Both the position numbers and the translations under genes were made by a program. Below the pieces are notes generated by a model that had not been told where the DNA came from, searched no databases, and saw only the letters and a list, made by a program, of their open reading frames with translations. DNA of 26,272 nt from Catajapyx aquilonaris (taxonomy: Eukaryota), in the NCBI GenBank assembly GCA_000934665.2, contig KZ538278.1, positions 62,001 to 88,272 of the forward strand. Reading direction: 5' to 3'. Below are positions 22,592-26,272 of this stretch, in pieces (the first letter of the stretch is position 1; each line of letters opens with the position of its first letter).

Positions 22592-22958
22592 CATGGTGTA
22601 TATTGTAATTCGGGACAGACTTCTAGGATGTGTAGGAGTTGCCTAGAGAAGCAATTTGCGATAGGCACCCATGGTCGGAAACCCATCCAAATGGTGCTAC
22701 AGGGCCTCCAAGGCCCATTTTCATCCCTTTATCGCAACAAGCCATCATTGTTGTGTTTTCCATTGTGTTCGTTGTTTAGTTGTTATACACAATTTCATTC
22801 AATAATTGAACAATATTATTGTTACAATAATGAATTTTTGAAGGCCACGTAGTGCAGATCAGATTGGTTTCCGACCATGGGTATCCCATCTCAAATTGCT
22901 TCACTAGGCAGCCCCTACACACCCTGTGAGTCTGTCCCGAGTTACAGTATACACCCTG
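22592..22958. mobile_element. TA-flanked Tc1/mariner-type MITE, ~120-bp diverged arms
   Basis: Termini TA|CATGGTGTATATTGTAATTCGGGACAGACT...AGTCTGTCCCGAGTTACAGTATACACCCTG|TA. Inner match ACCCATGGTCGGAAACC. Confidence 0.88.
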
Positions 22959-23163
22959 TATATTAAATTACTAGTAATTTAATCCCTTCATGCCCACACT
23001 ACACATTGTGAGGAAATTCATATTTCCTATATGCAGAATTTTCTATGGTGCCATCTCAGGGGTTATTCACTCATCATATTCCCTGCATATCAGTTGTGTA
23101 TTCCAGCATATTCTGGTGTAGGCCTATTGCCAAATAGTGTGCACTTTCTTACTAATTCTGATA

Positions 23164-24048
23164 CAGGTAAAATCTCGTTACAACGAAACCCGCAGGACCG
23201 GGCAAATGTTTGCGTAATAACGGAATGTCGTTAAATCGAGATTGGTTATTTATTTTCCTAAATGCAGCGTGCCTTAGAGGTTACACACAAATATCACTTC
23301 TGATCGCCCGAATTGTGAATTAAGAGGGAGAGAGGTCAAATAAGTCAAAAATAAATAAAAAATCATGCTCTGTCCAGAAAAGCAGTCATTTTGGTTTGAA
23401 CCAAGCGTTGCGTCAGGATTCACTTTTAGGTAAGTTTCAACACCAGCAACGCGATGGAAGATTGCATCCAGGATGTCAATGCAAGTGGTCAAGAAGCGCT
23501 TGGCTCTTTCCATTGCAGAAAGTGCATCTCTGACCGTCATCGTCTCTTTGTGATGCTCTTCCCCGACTTCTTCACCCTTGTTGTAACTGTCCTCTGAGTT
23601 ATGTGCGGGAACCATATTGGTACTTCTTGGCGCCACCCCCGCAAGTATGTTCGAATCTGTCAACTCCTACGGCACACTTGTACGTCATCATCTGCTGCTA
23701 CAAAATCGTGGAAGGTAACTTCATCCGGCATGCTGCGCCGGTGCTCTCAGCGACGGACCTCCACACAGGTCGTCAGGGTCATCTGAGTGTTCGGCATCCT
23801 GGTCACTCAAAACAGGCACTGCCGACCCCGCGAAGAAACTTTTACCCCAACATTTCGTTATATCTGGTTCAATACTAGACGGGAACCACCTTCCGTATTT
23901 GGTGTACTGAAAATTTCGTAGTAACGCATTTCGTAATAACGGGATTACAAATACATTGATCTTACGGCTGGTCAACCAAAATTTAAATTTTGTTTCGTTC
24001 TATTGAAATTTCGTTGTATTGGTATTCGCTAAAACGAGATTTGACCTG
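23164..24048 (-). mobile_element. Internally deleted Tigger/pogo-like DNA transposon with C-terminal transposase relic
   Basis: Termini TA|CAGGTAAAATCTCGTT...AACGAGATTTGACCTG|TA with repeated TTTCGTT subterminal motifs. The frameshifted minus-strand peptide ITKCWGKSFF...EVTFHDFVAADDDVQVC/LTDSNIL...TVRDALSAMERAKRFL is typical of Tigger-type C-termini. Confidence 0.85.
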
Positions 24049-24156
24049 TATTCAGTTGGAAGATAAGATAAACTTCACAGCAGTGTAAAATATTTCTGAT
24101 CCACATGTGCAAAAACTTTCGAAGGAATTTGTTTCCAAAAGTGAGGGACCAGTTGG

Positions 24157-24295
24157 CAGTGATGGGCACTAAATACTTGAATGTAATTAAATACTAAATA
24201 CTAACTACTGTATAAAAATGTAATTAAATGCTAAATACTAAATACATCAAAAGTATTTAAATACTTTTGTAAATACATTTCAAATACATTTTTTT
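24157..24295 (+). mobile_element. Probable hAT-like element end with AAATAC subterminal repeats
   Basis: CAGTGATGGGCA followed by ~8 (T)AAATAC units. No matching opposite end was found in the window. Confidence 0.5.
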
Positions 24296-24404
24296 GTCAA
24301 TATGCAAGAGTGCAACTAATATTATTTCTTACCATCATTCTTTGGATAAAAAGAAGAAAACGTAACAGATTTCTACTTTTATATCTATTCTATAATTAGC
24401 TATA

Positions 24405-24984
24405 CAGGGTGTTTCAGAGTCACAGGTCAAGCGCGCGCGAGGGGGTGGGGAAAAATCGCACATGGCGACAACCCGGTTGGTTTTATAAACAATTAGAAAT
24501 ACGGCAGTAATCAATTTATTTATTACGGCCGTACGGCGTGATGTCACATCCTACTTTCTGTTCGAATCGAGTGGCGTGGACTGACAGGTGCGCTTGCTTG
24601 AACTTGTTGAGCAGCTTTTTAGCCTTGCGGGTTGCACTGAAAAAGGCACTCTCCTGCTACACCGGCAGGGTACTGAACACACCACTGTACAGTACTTTGT
24701 ACAGTACCCTACTGGTATAACATGAGAGCGCCTTTTTCAGTGCAACCCGCAAGGCTAAAAAGCTGCTCAAGCAGGTTCAAGGACTTCAAGCAAGTGCACC
24801 TGTCAGTCCGCGCCACTCAATTCGAACAGAAAGTAGGATGTGACGTCACGCCGTACGGCCGTAATAAATAAATTGATTACTGCCGTATTTCTAATTGTTT
24901 TATAAAACCGACCGGGGTTATCGCCACCTACGATTTTTCCCCACTCCCTCGCGCCCGCTTGACCCGTGACTCTGAAACACCCTG
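24405..24984. mobile_element. 580-bp foldback MITE, TA-flanked, ~270-bp arms
   Basis: Termini TA|CAGGGTGTTTCAGAGTCAC...GTGACTCTGAAACACCCTG|TA. The arms pair almost to the centre (~24675/24705). Confidence 0.95.
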
Positions 24985-25239
24985 TATATTACCAAGACTT
25001 CAACTTCAGGAAAAGGCTAAGTTAATAATAACACTGGGGAACAAATTTTTGGTTGAATTAATACCAGCACTTGTTCTTTCCTAATTTGAGTGTGCGGAAT
25101 TCAAATCTGATGTTAGTTTTTCACTGTAAGCTCTAGATTATCTACAATTCAAAATTTTTAGAATTTGCAATTTGGCTTCGCATGATGACATGATCTGTCT
25201 GAGGGATTTATGGTCAGACAGTCTTAATATTAGGCTTAA

Positions 25240-26039
25240 CCCCTTCGGCCCCAGATCGGCCCGAACCCCACAGTTTTTAGCTTACGCGTACTCCGAAGAT
25301 ACGGACAAGATATTTTGCAAATAATAACAGCTATACTTACGAGATCTGGGAAAACCCTATGAATGTGTCTGGAACCATTTTACTCGTCTAGAAGTCCCTA
25401 AATTAATTTCCAAAAAAGGGCTATAATAACTCGAAATTGGACTACTGCCGCCCAACTTTTAGGCTGATTTGATTATGAAATGCATGAAAATATGCGGAAT
25501 AACAACCATAAGAACCATGCCAGACGAATTTGCTGAAATCGTCGTACTTTGCGAGAAATAAATTAATATTTATTTGCGGCTTTCTAGCACTTAGGAAAAC
25601 TCTTAAATGAGTATGAGATGAATTTTCTGAAATCGTCGTACGTCATGTGAAACAAATAAATTTGGGAGTTTTCCGAAGTTTTCCGAAGTGCCAGAAAGCC
25701 CCGCAACTAAGTATTAATTTATTTCTCGCAAAGGACGACGATTTCAGCAAATTCCTCTGGTATGGTTCTCAAAGTTGTTATTCCGCATATTTTCACGCAT
25801 TTCATAATTAAATCAGCCTAAAAGTTGTGCGGCAGTAGTCCCATTTCGAGTTATTATAGCCCTTTTTTGGAAATTAATTTAGGGACTTCTAGATGAGTAA
25901 AATGGTTCCAGACACATTCATAGGGTTTTCCCAGTCTCGTAAGTGTAGCTGTTATTATTTGCAAAATATCTTGTCCGTATCTTCGGAGTACGCGTAAGCC
26001 AAAAACTGTGTGGTTCGGGCCGATCTGGAGCCGAAGGGG
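25240..26039. mobile_element. 800-bp piggyBac-like foldback MITE, TTAA TSD, ~360-bp arms
   Basis: Termini TTAA|CCCCTTCGG...CCGAAGGGG|TTAA (TTAA at 25236-25239 and 26040-26043). The arms are highly similar inward to ~25600/25665. Confidence 0.95.
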
Positions 26040-26137
26040 TTAAACCTGTCTTGGTAAAGACATATGCATTTTTATTCACAAAAAGTCGTAGGTGCATCAC
26101 TATATGCATTAAAGTCTGAAAAAAGTTACATTTTTTT

Positions 26138-26272
26138 GAAAAGAATGTCCCAATTTAAAAATCCTATAACTCTAAAACTTGTCGACATATCTTAATGATT
26201 TAAGTATTGAAATGATGAGAAATGTCTAAAGTTTTTGTCTTACCTAAGTTTGTTTCAATATGAGCTCCATTT
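26138..26272 (-). mobile_element. 3' end of a Tc1/mariner-superfamily element running off the window
   Basis: Homologous to 17768-17900. The minus strand at the window edge reads NGAHIETNL, like the GxHxE C-terminus of Tc1/maT-type transposases. Confidence 0.65.

Overview
Eukaryotic (animal, probably arthropod, inferred from internal TTAGG-type repeats) genomic DNA from a draft assembly, with a 431-N gap at 15843-16273. The only host gene I can support is the 3' end of a PC7/PCSK7-like proprotein convertase on the minus strand. It has a P-domain exon at 21124-21433 and a terminal exon at 14311-14544 encoding a TM segment and tail, joined across a ~6.6 kb GT-AG intron. Almost everything else recognisable is transposon-derived: tRNA-headed SINEs (one complete, with a 17-bp TSD), many palindromic MITEs with TA, TTAA, CAG or ATAA flanks, a Tigger/pogo deletion derivative, and a head-to-head duplicated mariner relic. 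The most unusual signal is a set of three short elements that each sit between (CA)n tracts, carry an internal (CCTAA)n telomere-like tract, and have subterminal inverted repeats; in two copies these covary. Bases ~400-11200 are mostly unassignable, with only faint coding relics. All alignments were done by eye, so boundaries may be off by a few bases, and no database search was run.
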